NCBI GenBank assembly: GCA_964618365.1
Contig: CAZUAA010000001.1
Span: 1 to 48,795, forward strand
Source of the DNA: an uncultured Candidatus Saccharibacteria bacterium
GTDB taxonomy: Bacteria > Patescibacteriota > Minisyncoccia > Phycocordibacterales > UBA9973
Direction of reading: 5' to 3'
Length of the DNA: 48,795 bases
The first letter of the stretch is position 1. Every line of letters begins with the position of its first letter. The notes beneath the pieces were generated by a model. The model made no database searches, was not told the origin of the DNA, and was given only the letters and a program-made list of their open reading frames with translations. The translations under genes were made by a program, and so were the position numbers. This document shows, piece after piece, positions 1 through 8,388 of this stretch.

Positions 1-172
1 TCTTCTCAATTTGTTCTACACTTCGCCGGGGCGAGTGCTCGCTATAATCCAATTGAGTTGAGCTACGACTGCGTAATGTTTGCTTACTTAATAACTCTTC
101 TCAATTTGTTCTACCCTTCGCCGGGGCGAGTGTTCGCTATAATACAATTGAGTTGAGTTACGACTGCGTAAT
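1..172. repeat. Direct repeat, two 77-nt copies (1-77 and 96-172) with a 95-nt period; the array may continue beyond the window edge
   Basis: The copies differ at 4 of 77 positions. Each contains the GC-rich palindrome cgccggggcg, a tataat box and the pairing segments ctcaatt / aattgag. Confidence 0.8.
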
Positions 173-223
173 ACCACACAGAAAACAATTTAACATAAAA
201 TGAAAAAAAATTCCACTTTATTG

Positions 224-297
224 TGTCGGCGGGAAGAATCGAACCTCCGACCTTGGGCTTATGAGTCCCACGCTCTAACCATCTGAGCTACGCCGAC
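224..297 (-). tRNA. tRNA with CAU anticodon (Met elongator or Ile2-lysidine type); CCA not encoded
   Basis: The reverse complement folds as a cloverleaf: acceptor GTCGGCG/CGCCGAC, D arm GCTC..GAGC, anticodon loop CTCATAA (atg at 261-263 on the + strand), T arm GGAGG-TTCGATT-CTTCC, discriminator A. Confidence 0.85.
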
Positions 298-344
298 ATA
301 TTTTCGGCTTTAGAGACATATTGGGCATGTCACGAGCCTACTTG

Positions 345-415
345 TTGCGGGACCTGGAATCGAACCAGGTTCTTAAGGTTATGAGCCTTACGAGATACCA
401 TTTCTCTATCCCGCT
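345..415 (-). tRNA. tRNA with CAU anticodon and an apparent A1-A72 mismatch (possible initiator-like or Ile2 type); CCA not encoded
   Basis: The reverse complement folds as AGCGGGA-TA-GAGA-AATGGTA-TCTC-G-TAAGG-CTCATAA-CCTTA-AGAA-CCTGG-TTCGATT-CCAGG-TCCCGCA-A. The variable loop is 4 nt. Confidence 0.75.
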
Positions 416-568
416 ATGTTATCTATATTTTATTTTAATAAACCATTCTTATTTCTTATAAAACAACAAACACAAAGCGGTTTTAGCGCTAAAATATTTA
501 TGATTTATATACTCTATATATTATAACAAAAAATATGATTTTTTGCAATGATATAGTATTATATAGAT

Positions 569-934
569 ATGTTTATTTATTTAAATAAATTAAAGACATT
601 TGTATTTGGTTTGGTATTTTTAAGTTATATTTTAATTGGATTGTTCATATTTAACTTAAATATACATAATCATCCTCATAATTATTCAAATGATTGTGTG
701 TATGTTTTAGGCTCTCAGTCTTTTTGTACTATGGATATGTGGAGTTATATATTTATTTGGGATGAGATGACATCTTTTTCATTGTCTTCTTTGTATAAAT
801 TAGTAATTTTTATATTTTTTTCATTTTTTATATTTTTTAATTTTAATCTTTTATATATAAAAATTATTAAATTTTTCAATTTATTAGTTCGCAACTTATT
901 TTTTAAATGGTCAGTTAATGTTTGTGCTCCTTAA
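569..934 (+). CDS. Hypothetical small hydrophobic protein (doubtful ORF in very AT-rich DNA)
   Basis: ORF only. The translation is low-complexity and F/I/L-rich, with no recognisable motif. Confidence 0.25.
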   Translation: MFIYLNKLKTFVFGLVFLSYILIGLFIFNLNIHNHPHNYSNDCVYVLGSQSFCTMDMWSYIFIWDEMTSFSLSSLYKLVIFIFFSFFIFFNFNLLYIKIIKFFNLLVRNLFFKWSVNVCAP

Positions 935-978
935 TTTAAATTAAACCATTTATTAAATTAATCTATTGAATTAAAAAA

Positions 979-1497
979 ATGATAATGACACACTATATGG
1001 AACTTTTGGCTGTAAATCAGCCTTGGAATCTTATAATATTTATGGCTATTCCTGTTATCCTTGCTGAAACGGTAGCTATAACAGAATTATGGATTTTATT
1101 TACCAGAAAATTTACTGGTAAAGTACGATTAATAAATCGTGTTGCAGGTATTTTGAGTGGATTTTATTTTTTAGGTGTATTTATATACCTTATGAAAAAT
1201 GCTTTCATCCCTCTTACTATATCGGGTGAATGGAGGGGGGTAGCAGATTTTATCGCTGTTAGTTTTTATCTTTTAGGAGTAGTACCTCTTCTTGGAATGG
1301 CCTTATTGGAGTTAAATATTATTATTAAAAATAAAACTAATGAAGAAAAATTAAAATTACATGCTATCTTTGTTGGATTGTTTTTAGTTGTTGCTCATAT
1401 TGCTATGATCTTTGGAATGTTGAATCCAGAGGTTATGGGATATAAAGATAAAATAAATGAATCTAATGTTGAGATGAATATGGATATGAATCATTAA
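979..1497 (+). CDS. Hypothetical integral membrane protein
   Basis: 172-aa ORF with about four hydrophobic helices, followed by a strong intrinsic terminator. Confidence 0.6.
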   Translation: MIMTHYMELLAVNQPWNLIIFMAIPVILAETVAITELWILFTRKFTGKVRLINRVAGILSGFYFLGVFIYLMKNAFIPLTISGEWRGVADFIAVSFYLLGVVPLLGMALLELNIIIKNKTNEEKLKLHAIFVGLFLVVAHIAMIFGMLNPEVMGYKDKINESNVEMNMDMNH

Positions 1498-1511
1498 AAT
1501 AAGGTTGATAT

Positions 1512-1550
1512 AAAAATCTGCATAGGTCAAACCTATGCAGATTTTTATTT
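1512..1550 (+). terminator. Rho-independent terminator
   Basis: Stem aaaaatctgcatagg, loop tcaaa, stem cctatgcagattttt, followed by a T-rich tail. Confidence 0.85.
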
Positions 1551-1589
1551 GGAAAAAATATAAAAATATAGTATTCTTAAATAGTTTTA

Positions 1590-1661
1590 GCCGTCATAGC
1601 TTAGTGGCAAAGCACTCCCTTGGTAAGGGAGAGACCGTGAGTCCGATTCTCACTGACGGCT
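1590..1661 (+). tRNA. tRNA-Thr (GGU) with an atypical T loop
   Basis: Fold: GCCGTCA-TA-GCTT-AGTGGCA-AAGC-A-CTCCC-TTGGTAA-GGGAG-AGACC-GTGAG-TCCGATT-CTCAC-TGACGGC-T. The anticodon GGT is at 1622-1624. The T loop reads TCCGATT, so position 55 is C instead of U. Confidence 0.75.
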
Positions 1662-1911
1662 CAAAAGACACCTGCGTGTCTTTTGGCGTGAGAATCGGAA
1701 AGCTTTTCGTTGTGTATGAGGGATTAATATCCCAAATGCACCGAAAAGGTGTACTGCTCCTGTAAGGAGAGATTCTCACTGACGGCTCAGAAAACAAACT
1801 GCTTTGTTTTCGATGAGAATCGGAAGACTTTTCCTTATTGAAGATGGAAAAGTACCTGACTATGTAATAGTCGATTCTCACTGACGGCTCAAAAGACACC
1901 TGCGTGTCTTT
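1644..1911 (+). repeat. Three direct copies of the tRNA-Thr 3' segment gattctcactgacggctca (1645-1663, 1771-1789, 1873-1891) separated by structured spacers
   Basis: The three 19-nt copies are exact. Copies 1 and 3 also share the downstream hairpin aaaagacacctgcgtgtctt. After copies 1 and 2 an inverted segment (g)tgagaatcgg pairs back to the repeat. Confidence 0.9.
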
Positions 1912-2416
1912 ATTTTATTTCTATTAAAATATCTTTATTTATTATCTTTAAAAGTTTTAGCATATCCTCTTTTTTTATTGCAAGACACCCTTCGGTATAT
2001 TCCATATTATCTCTAGCGATATGTAAAAAGATAGCACTACCTTTTTCTTTTATCACAGGATCATCATTATACCCTATAATGATAACTATGTCGTAAACAT
2101 CATCTTCTCTCCATAAATTTTCATATCTACCATCAAATGGTAATTTGATAAATTTATTATATTCATCTTTTTTTATATCATCACACCAACCAAACTTTTC
2201 TTCTATTGGGATGCATTCTATATTTTCATTTTTTATTTCACCTATTTTGTCTTTTCTATAATATATTTTTCTGATAGGGAATATACCTGTTGGTGTTTTC
2301 ATGTCTCCCTCTTTTTTATTATCAGTTATTCCATCTTTACCAAATAGACAAAAAAAAGAGACATTATCATTTATAGATAACAGTCCCTTTCCATAACTTG
2401 CTTCAATCTTCTTCAT
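1910..2416 (-). CDS. L,D-transpeptidase (YkuD-fold) family protein
   Basis: The C-terminal motif SAIFLHIARDNMEYTEGCLAI matches the catalytic H...(S/T)xGC signature of YkuD domains. Confidence 0.65.
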   Translation of the reverse strand: MKKIEASYGKGLLSINDNVSFFCLFGKDGITDNKKEGDMKTPTGIFPIRKIYYRKDKIGEIKNENIECIPIEEKFGWCDDIKKDEYNKFIKLPFDGRYENLWREDDVYDIVIIIGYNDDPVIKEKGSAIFLHIARDNMEYTEGCLAIKKEDMLKLLKIINKDILIEIK

Positions 2417-2430
2417 ATTGACATTTTACC

Positions 2431-2874
2431 TTAAGTTAAATAAGGATGCCAATATATAGCAACGACAGGTGCTTTTTTTTTAGCTCCATCTTTGTCTAAA
2501 CCAGTGTAGTGTAGCTGGTGTTCTCCTGGCATTCCAAGAGAGCTTCGGTTTGATATTGCCTGTTGGTCCCCAACATAAAAACCAATGTGTTTGTGTTCGT
2601 TCCCATTTTCTTTTACGGGTCCCCAAACAATCACACAGCCAGGTTTTAATCTATTGACTTTAAACCAGCCGATCTTTTCCATGGCAAATATCGTGCCGTT
2701 AACTGTAAAATGTGCTTTATCTATAAGATTATGTAAAAGCAAAATTGCTGATACATAATAAGCACAGGATAAATCTCCGTTTTGGAGAACATCCTTACCA
2801 TCTACATGGTAATTTCGAAATAATTGAGATCCGATGGAATTACGAATACTCAACAAAAAATTTTCTTTTCGCAT
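2431..2874 (-). CDS. Putative papain-fold cysteine hydrolase (NlpC/P60- or CHAP-like)
   Basis: Candidate catalytic Cys in GDLSCAYYVS and a downstream His in HKHIGFYVGD. The gene is adjacent to the L,D-transpeptidase gene. Confidence 0.4.
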   Translation of the reverse strand: MRKENFLLSIRNSIGSQLFRNYHVDGKDVLQNGDLSCAYYVSAILLLHNLIDKAHFTVNGTIFAMEKIGWFKVNRLKPGCVIVWGPVKENGNEHKHIGFYVGDQQAISNRSSLGMPGEHQLHYTGLDKDGAKKKAPVVAIYWHPYLT

Positions 2875-2956
2875 ACTTATATTTTTTTAAAAAGCCTAAC
2901 ATTTCAGGTAAGATATGTCAAAGTTATAAAAAATGCTATTATATAAAATAAAAAAT

Positions 2957-3029
2957 GCCATCCTAGCTCAGTTGGTAGAGCACGGCTTTCGTAAAGCCGG
3001 GGTCCCGAGTTCGATCCTCGGGGATGGCT
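2957..3029 (+). tRNA. tRNA-Thr (CGU); CCA not encoded
   Basis: Fold: GCCATCC-TA-GCTC-AGTTGGTA-GAGC-A-CGGCT-TTCGTAA-AGCCG-GGGTC-CCGAG-TTCGATC-CTCGG-GGATGGC-T. Confidence 0.9.
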
Positions 3030-3033
3030 CAGT

Positions 3034-4035
3034 TTATATATAAAACTCTTTAAGTTCGTTAGTTATACTTTCATCTATAAATCCTTTTTCATTCATCCAG
3101 TTATTATCAAAAGCATGAGTTAGGTAGCTTTCTCCACTATCTCCTATGATTAAGACCATTTTTTTAATTTCATCGTTTTTTGATTCATCTTTTATGAACT
3201 TCATTGCATAGTACAGAGTCATTCCACTCGAGTCTCCTACAAGTAGGCCTTTATTTTCTGCAAAAAATCTCATTGTATTGAATGCTTCTTTGTCTGCGAC
3301 ATAATCATGTTTGTCAAAGATTGAAGCATTCATATTTTTAGGAGGCACTGCTCCTGCAGGGTAGCCGGGTCCTGATATAAAATATCCATGTCCGTGTGGA
3401 GAGAAGTGACTAGAACCTTTTGGTTCAAGTGCTATTATTTTTGTTTTACTATGCTCTTTTACATATTTACCAGAGCCAGAGAGAGAACTTCCTGTTCCTA
3501 TTGTTCCCACAAGGTAGTCAGCATCTGGTATTTGTTCTAGAATTTCTTTGCCTAAAGTATTATAGTAACCATTTGGATTTTCTGGATTATCATATTGGTC
3601 TAAGTTTATACCATCTCTTTCTTCTGCAAGCCTTTTTGCAGTTTTCCTCCTTACATCGACGAGGTGCCCACCTTTTGGATCTTCTTCGTCTGTACAATAA
3701 TGAAGCTTGCCGCCATAAGCAGTGATAGATCTTAATTTGTCTATTGGAGCATGTTTATCTACTATTGCTGTAAATTTATAACCTCGAACTGCAGAGAGCA
3801 TTGCAAGTGCTTTGGCAGTGTTACCAGACGAGGATTCAAAAATCTCCATCCCCTTTTTTAATTTTCCAGACTTTTCCGCCGCATCCATGAGAGATCTAGC
3901 GGTTCGGTCTTTAAAGCTTCCGGCTGGATTAAAGTATTCAAGTTTTAGATAAATTTTCCAGTCTGGTCTTACTGTTGGTAATTCAAGCATTGGAGTCTCA
4001 CCGATTAATTCATCTATTTTTTTCTTGATAATCAT
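3034..4035 (-). CDS. PLP-dependent cysteine synthase / cystathionine beta-synthase family protein
   Basis: Contains the lysine motif YFNPAGSFKDRTA, SSGNTAKALA, and the glycine loop GTIGTGSSLSG typical of fold-type II (CysK/CysM-like) enzymes. Confidence 0.8.
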   Translation of the reverse strand: MIIKKKIDELIGETPMLELPTVRPDWKIYLKLEYFNPAGSFKDRTARSLMDAAEKSGKLKKGMEIFESSSGNTAKALAMLSAVRGYKFTAIVDKHAPIDKLRSITAYGGKLHYCTDEEDPKGGHLVDVRRKTAKRLAEERDGINLDQYDNPENPNGYYNTLGKEILEQIPDADYLVGTIGTGSSLSGSGKYVKEHSKTKIIALEPKGSSHFSPHGHGYFISGPGYPAGAVPPKNMNASIFDKHDYVADKEAFNTMRFFAENKGLLVGDSSGMTLYYAMKFIKDESKNDEIKKMVLIIGDSGESYLTHAFDNNWMNEKGFIDESITNELKEFYI

Positions 4036-4101
4036 TTTCCTATTATACAGGGGTTTTTTATTTTTGTTAACTATGTTATTTTAAGGGTAGTACTTGGTAA
4101 T

Positions 4102-5007
4102 ATGCAAACACAAAACAAAGAAGAAATAATAAAAGAAATAGAAGATTTGGAAAAATTTATGATAAGTCCAAATTTTTGGGATGATAAAATTGTAGCTCAA
4201 AATACCATCAAAAGAATTGCTTTTCTCAAGCAAGAAATTTTAGGTGAGAAGAAGTACGATGGTGGTGGAGCAATACTTTCTATCCTCTCAGGTGCGGGAG
4301 GTGATGATGCCGAAGACTTTTCTTTGATGCTTCTCCATATGTATATGAAGTATATAGAGAAGATGGGTTGGAGTGTTTTTTTAATTCATGAAAATAAAAA
4401 TGATAATGGGGGTTATAGAAATGTGTCTATAGAAATTTCGGGTAAAAACCTGCCTATGCAGACAGGTGTCTATGGGACATTAAAGAATGAAAATGGTGTG
4501 CATCGCCTTGTCCGTATTTCTCCCTTTAATGCAAATGCAAAGCGCCATACCTCTTTTTCTTTAGTAGAAGTTTTACCTAAATTAGGTAAGAATGACGATA
4601 TTATATTAGATCCTAAAGATTTAAGGATAGAATTTTCAAAGTCAGGTGGCCCCGGTGGACAGAATGTAAACAAAAGAGAGACTGCTGTTCGGGTAGTTCA
4701 TATTCCTACGAATTTATCAGTCCATGTTACAAGTGAAAGATCTCAAGAGCAGAATAAAGAAAAAGCTTTAGATATGTTAAAAGGAAAACTTTTTAAAAAA
4801 CAAGAAGAAGATAAAAAGAAAGAGCGTGATGGACTTTCTATTTCAAAGACTACAGACATAGAATGGGGGAGTCAGATTAGGTCTTATGTACTCCATCCAT
4901 ATAAACTTGTCAAAGATCATAGGACTGGGGTTGAAGTGCACGACGTTGACGGAGTGCTTGAAAATGGCGAAATAGATGAATTCATTGTTGCGGAGAGTGG
5001 AATATGA
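4102..5007 (+). CDS. prfB: Peptide chain release factor 2, N-terminally short form without a frameshift site
   Basis: Contains the GGQ motif (SGGPGGQNVNK) and the RF2-specific SPF motif (RISPFNANAKRHTSF). Only 66 nt of intergenic DNA lie upstream. Confidence 0.9.
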   Translation: MQTQNKEEIIKEIEDLEKFMISPNFWDDKIVAQNTIKRIAFLKQEILGEKKYDGGGAILSILSGAGGDDAEDFSLMLLHMYMKYIEKMGWSVFLIHENKNDNGGYRNVSIEISGKNLPMQTGVYGTLKNENGVHRLVRISPFNANAKRHTSFSLVEVLPKLGKNDDIILDPKDLRIEFSKSGGPGGQNVNKRETAVRVVHIPTNLSVHVTSERSQEQNKEKALDMLKGKLFKKQEEDKKKERDGLSISKTTDIEWGSQIRSYVLHPYKLVKDHRTGVEVHDVDGVLENGEIDEFIVAESGI

Positions 5008-5022
5008 TAAAATTATAGATAG

Positions 5023-5700
5023 ATGATTTATTTTAATAAGGTTACAAAAAAATACAACAATAATACTTCGTTAGAAGATATTTCTTTTTCAGTCACTCCT
5101 GGAGAATTTCTCTCTATTGTTGGGCATTCAGGTGCAGGCAAAACTACTTTAACTAAGCTTATATTGGCAGAAGAATTTCCCACAGAAGGCGAAGTTTTTT
5201 TTGAATCAGTAAATATTCATAAGCTTGGAAAGAAAGATTTGATGAATGTAAGAAGGAAAATGGGTGTAGTTTTTCAAGATTTTAGACTTTTACCAAATAA
5301 GACAGCTTATGAGAATATTGCTTTTGCGATGGAAGCTGTAGGAAGGACAGATAGAGAGATAGAAGAAGATGTCACTAATGTGCTTGAGCTTGTAGGTCTT
5401 ACAGATAGAGCACTTCACTTTCCTCATCAACTTTCAGGAGGAGAAAAGCAACGCTTGGCAATTGCTCGGGCAATTATTAATCAACCAGATGTTATCATTG
5501 CAGATGAGCCAACTGGTAATTTAGACCCAGTCAATACGAATGAAGTTGTAAATATACTAAAAAAGATTAATGATTTAGGGACGACAGTTATCCTTACTAC
5601 TCATAACAGAAGTGTTATAGATCAAGTTAGAAAAAGAGTCATTACTTTAGAAAATGGACGTATTACAAGAGATGATAAAGATGGTAAATATATGATATAA
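5023..5700 (+). CDS. ftsE: Cell division ATP-binding protein FtsE
   Basis: Contains Walker A (GHSGAGKTT), the ABC signature (LSGGEKQR) and Walker B ([11 protein letters not shown]). An FtsX-like permease gene follows immediately. Confidence 0.85.
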   Translation: MIYFNKVTKKYNNNTSLEDISFSVTPGEFLSIVGHSGAGKTTLTKLILAEEFPTEGEVFFESVNIHKLGKKDLMNVRRKMGVVFQDFRLLPNKTAYENIAFAMEAVGRTDREIEEDVTNVLELVGLTDRALHFPHQLSGGEKQRLAIARAIINQPDVIIADEPTGNLDPVNTNEVVNILKKINDLGTTVILTTHNRSVIDQVRKRVITLENGRITRDDKDGKYMI

Positions 5701-5707
5701 TTATTTT

Positions 5708-6631
5708 ATGTTTATAACCAATCTTAAAAGAATAATAGTTTCTGGTTTTAGAAGTTTTGTGAGAAGTGGATTTACATCACTCGCTGGAGTCTTGGTTATG
5801 ACCATCACTCTTTTTGTTATAACTTCCCAGATCTTTGTCCAAGCAGCACTCAATTCTGCTTTAAATGATATAAAAGAAAAAGTAGATATTACAGTTTATT
5901 TTATTCCCAATGTAGATCAAGATGATATTAAAGAGGTAGAATTTGCATTAAAGGCTTTACCAGAAGTAAAAGATGTCACATACACATCTCAAGACGATGC
6001 ACTTTCTCAGTTTAAAGAAAAGCATTCTAATGATTTCCTTACTATTCAAGCGCTCGAAGAGCTTGGAGAGAATCCACTTGGAGCATCACTCAATGTTAAA
6101 GCCAAAGATCCATCTCAATATGAAAGTATTTCAAAATATTTTGAAGAGAGTGGAGCTTTATCAAATGATAATTTAAATATAATAGACAAGATAGACTATC
6201 ATGATAATAAACTTATAATAGACAAACTTTCATCTATTATTACTAAGGCTGAAAAGCTTGGACTTTTGATTTCTTTTATACTCATTATTATTTCTATAAT
6301 AATTACTTTCAATACGATTAGACTTATTATTTATATGTCCAAAGAAGAGATAAGCGTCATGAGGCTCGTCGGTGCTGGGAGTAGATATATTAGAGGTCCG
6401 TTTATTGTTTCTGGGATGCTTGTAGGTGCGATTTCAGCTATTGTGACAGCTATTATCTTTATCCCTGTTTCTATGTGGCTTGGTAATACGATGACAGATT
6501 TTGTAGGAATGAATATGTTTGATTATTTTAAATCCAATTTTATACAACTCTTCTTAATAATGATTTTATCTGGGATTATTATAGGTGGCATCTCTAGTGT
6601 TTTTGCTATTGCTAGATATTTAAGGAAATAA
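5708..6631 (+). CDS. ftsX: Cell division permease-like protein FtsX
   Basis: One N-terminal TM helix, a large extracytoplasmic loop, then three C-terminal TM helices. It lies directly downstream of ftsE. Confidence 0.8.
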   Translation: MFITNLKRIIVSGFRSFVRSGFTSLAGVLVMTITLFVITSQIFVQAALNSALNDIKEKVDITVYFIPNVDQDDIKEVEFALKALPEVKDVTYTSQDDALSQFKEKHSNDFLTIQALEELGENPLGASLNVKAKDPSQYESISKYFEESGALSNDNLNIIDKIDYHDNKLIIDKLSSIITKAEKLGLLISFILIIISIIITFNTIRLIIYMSKEEISVMRLVGAGSRYIRGPFIVSGMLVGAISAIVTAIIFIPVSMWLGNTMTDFVGMNMFDYFKSNFIQLFLIMILSGIIIGGISSVFAIARYLRK

Positions 6632-6633
6632 TT

Positions 6634-8316
6634 ATGATGAAAGACAAGAATATCACTTCAAATAATCTTTCAAATTGTAAATATATTTTTGTCGTCGGTG
6701 GGGTTATCTCTGGAGTGGGGAAGGGCGTTGCTTCTTCTTCTATTGGAAGAATTTTATCTGATAGGGGTAAAAAGGTAACTTCTATGAAAATAGACCCATA
6801 TATAAATATAGATGCAGGTACTATGAATCCGACAGAGCATGGAGAAGTTTTTGTACTTGATGATGGAGATGAGACAGATCAGGATATGGGGAATTATGAA
6901 AGATTTATCGGAGAGAGTCTTTCTCGTACAAATTATATGACCACAGGGCGAGTCTATCAGAGTGTCATAGAGAGAGAAAGAAATTTAGAATACAGTGGAG
7001 CTTGTGTGCAGGTAGTACCCCATATTCCGCTTGAAGTTATACGTCGCATCGAAGAAGCTCGGGATAAAGCGGGTGCTGATGTGGTAATAATTGAAATCGG
7101 TGGGACTGTTGGAGAATACGAGAATATTTTATTTTTAGAAGCTGCTCGTATGATGAAAATCAAGAATCCTAAAAGTGTTTTCTTTGTGATGGTTTCTTAT
7201 TTACCTGTTCCTTCAAAGATAGGGGAAATGAAGACCAAGCCGACCCAGCATGCTGTCCGTACACTCAATGCTTCTGGTATCCAGCCAGACATAATTATTG
7301 CTAGAAGTAATCTTCCTCTTGATGAAAAAAGAAAAGAAAAGCTTTCAATGTTTTGTAATATTTCTCCAGATAGAGTTATTTCTGCTCCTGATGTAGATAG
7401 TATATATGATATACCTTTAAATTTTGAAAAAGAGGGATTAAGCGACATTGTCTGTGAATCTATGGGTATGACTTGTGATATTATGCCATCCCCAGCTTTC
7501 CTCAAATGGTCTTCTTTTGCTAAATCTGCTCACTCATCTAAAAAAGAATTAAAGATCGCTGTTGTTGGTAAATATTTTGCGACAGGGGATTTCACTCTTT
7601 CTGATTCATACATTTCAGTTATTGAAGCTGCAAAATATTCTGCTTATAAACTTGGCAGAAAGCCCATACTTACTTGGATATCTTCTACTGATTTTGAGAA
7701 AGATCCAAAGTCAGTAAAAATTTTGAAAAATTATGATGGTATTATAGTTCCTGGAGGATTTGGTTCTAGGGGGATAGAAGGTATTATTATGGCTATAAAA
7801 TATGTCAGAGAAAATAAAATCCCATATTTCGGTCTTTGCTATGGTATGCAACTTATGACTATAGAGTATGCGAGAAATGTCTTGAAACTTTCTGATGCTC
7901 ATACTAGGGAGATAAATCCAAAGTCAGCTAATCTTGTTATTGATATAATGGAAGATCAAAAAGAAAAAATAGAAAAGAAAAAGATGGGTGGTAGTATGAG
8001 ACTTGGAGCTTACCCCGCTAAATTAAAGAAGGGTAGTATTGCTTATAAATCTTACGGCGAAGAAGATATAGAAGAGCGTCATCGTCACCGCTATGAGGTA
8101 AATCCTTCTTACGTAGAAAGGTTAGAAAAAGCAGGACTTGTGTTTTCTGGAAAATCTCCAGATGGAAGTCTTTGCGAGATTGCAGAGCTCCCAGAGAAGA
8201 ATCATCCATTTTTCTTAGGGACACAATTCCACCCAGAATTCAAAGCTCGTCCACTTGATCCACACCCACTCTTTACTGCTTTTATGAAAGCTTGTACAAA
8301 AAGATCTAAAAAATAA
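6634..8316 (+). CDS. pyrG: CTP synthase
   Basis: N-terminal YIFVVGGVISGVGKG, a glutamine amidotransferase domain with GLCYGMQ, and C-terminal HPEF. Confidence 0.95.
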   Translation: MMKDKNITSNNLSNCKYIFVVGGVISGVGKGVASSSIGRILSDRGKKVTSMKIDPYINIDAGTMNPTEHGEVFVLDDGDETDQDMGNYERFIGESLSRTNYMTTGRVYQSVIERERNLEYSGACVQVVPHIPLEVIRRIEEARDKAGADVVIIEIGGTVGEYENILFLEAARMMKIKNPKSVFFVMVSYLPVPSKIGEMKTKPTQHAVRTLNASGIQPDIIIARSNLPLDEKRKEKLSMFCNISPDRVISAPDVDSIYDIPLNFEKEGLSDIVCESMGMTCDIMPSPAFLKWSSFAKSAHSSKKELKIAVVGKYFATGDFTLSDSYISVIEAAKYSAYKLGRKPILTWISSTDFEKDPKSVKILKNYDGIIVPGGFGSRGIEGIIMAIKYVRENKIPYFGLCYGMQLMTIEYARNVLKLSDAHTREINPKSANLVIDIMEDQKEKIEKKKMGGSMRLGAYPAKLKKGSIAYKSYGEEDIEERHRHRYEVNPSYVERLEKAGLVFSGKSPDGSLCEIAELPEKNHPFFLGTQFHPEFKARPLDPHPLFTAFMKACTKRSKK

Positions 8317-8346
8317 ACCAAGTATAAATACTTGGTTTATTTTTTA
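8316..8346 (+). terminator. Rho-independent terminator after pyrG
   Basis: Stem aaccaagta, loop taaa, stem tacttggtt, followed by tatttttt. Confidence 0.8.
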
Positions 8347-8388
8347 ATTCACTATTCTCTGAGAGCATCTCTCCCATCTCTTATCTTA

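Noticed and set aside
1-172. Possible CRISPR array
   Set aside because: There are only two copies, the repeats are 77 nt long with an 18-nt spacer, and there are no cas genes. This is not CRISPR-like.
1535-1765. 76-aa plus-strand ORF
   Set aside because: It starts inside a terminator hairpin and runs through the tRNA-Thr gene, so it is spurious.
1594-1899. 101-aa minus-strand ORF with a thrice-repeated FEPSVRI peptide
   Set aside because: The peptide repeat is simply the translation of the triplicated tRNA-Thr 3' segment. The ORF overlaps the tRNA gene and hairpins, so it is not credible as coding.
4036-4101. Programmed frameshift segment of prfB
   Set aside because: No upstream ORF and no CTTTGA-type shift site exist in the 66-nt intergenic region.
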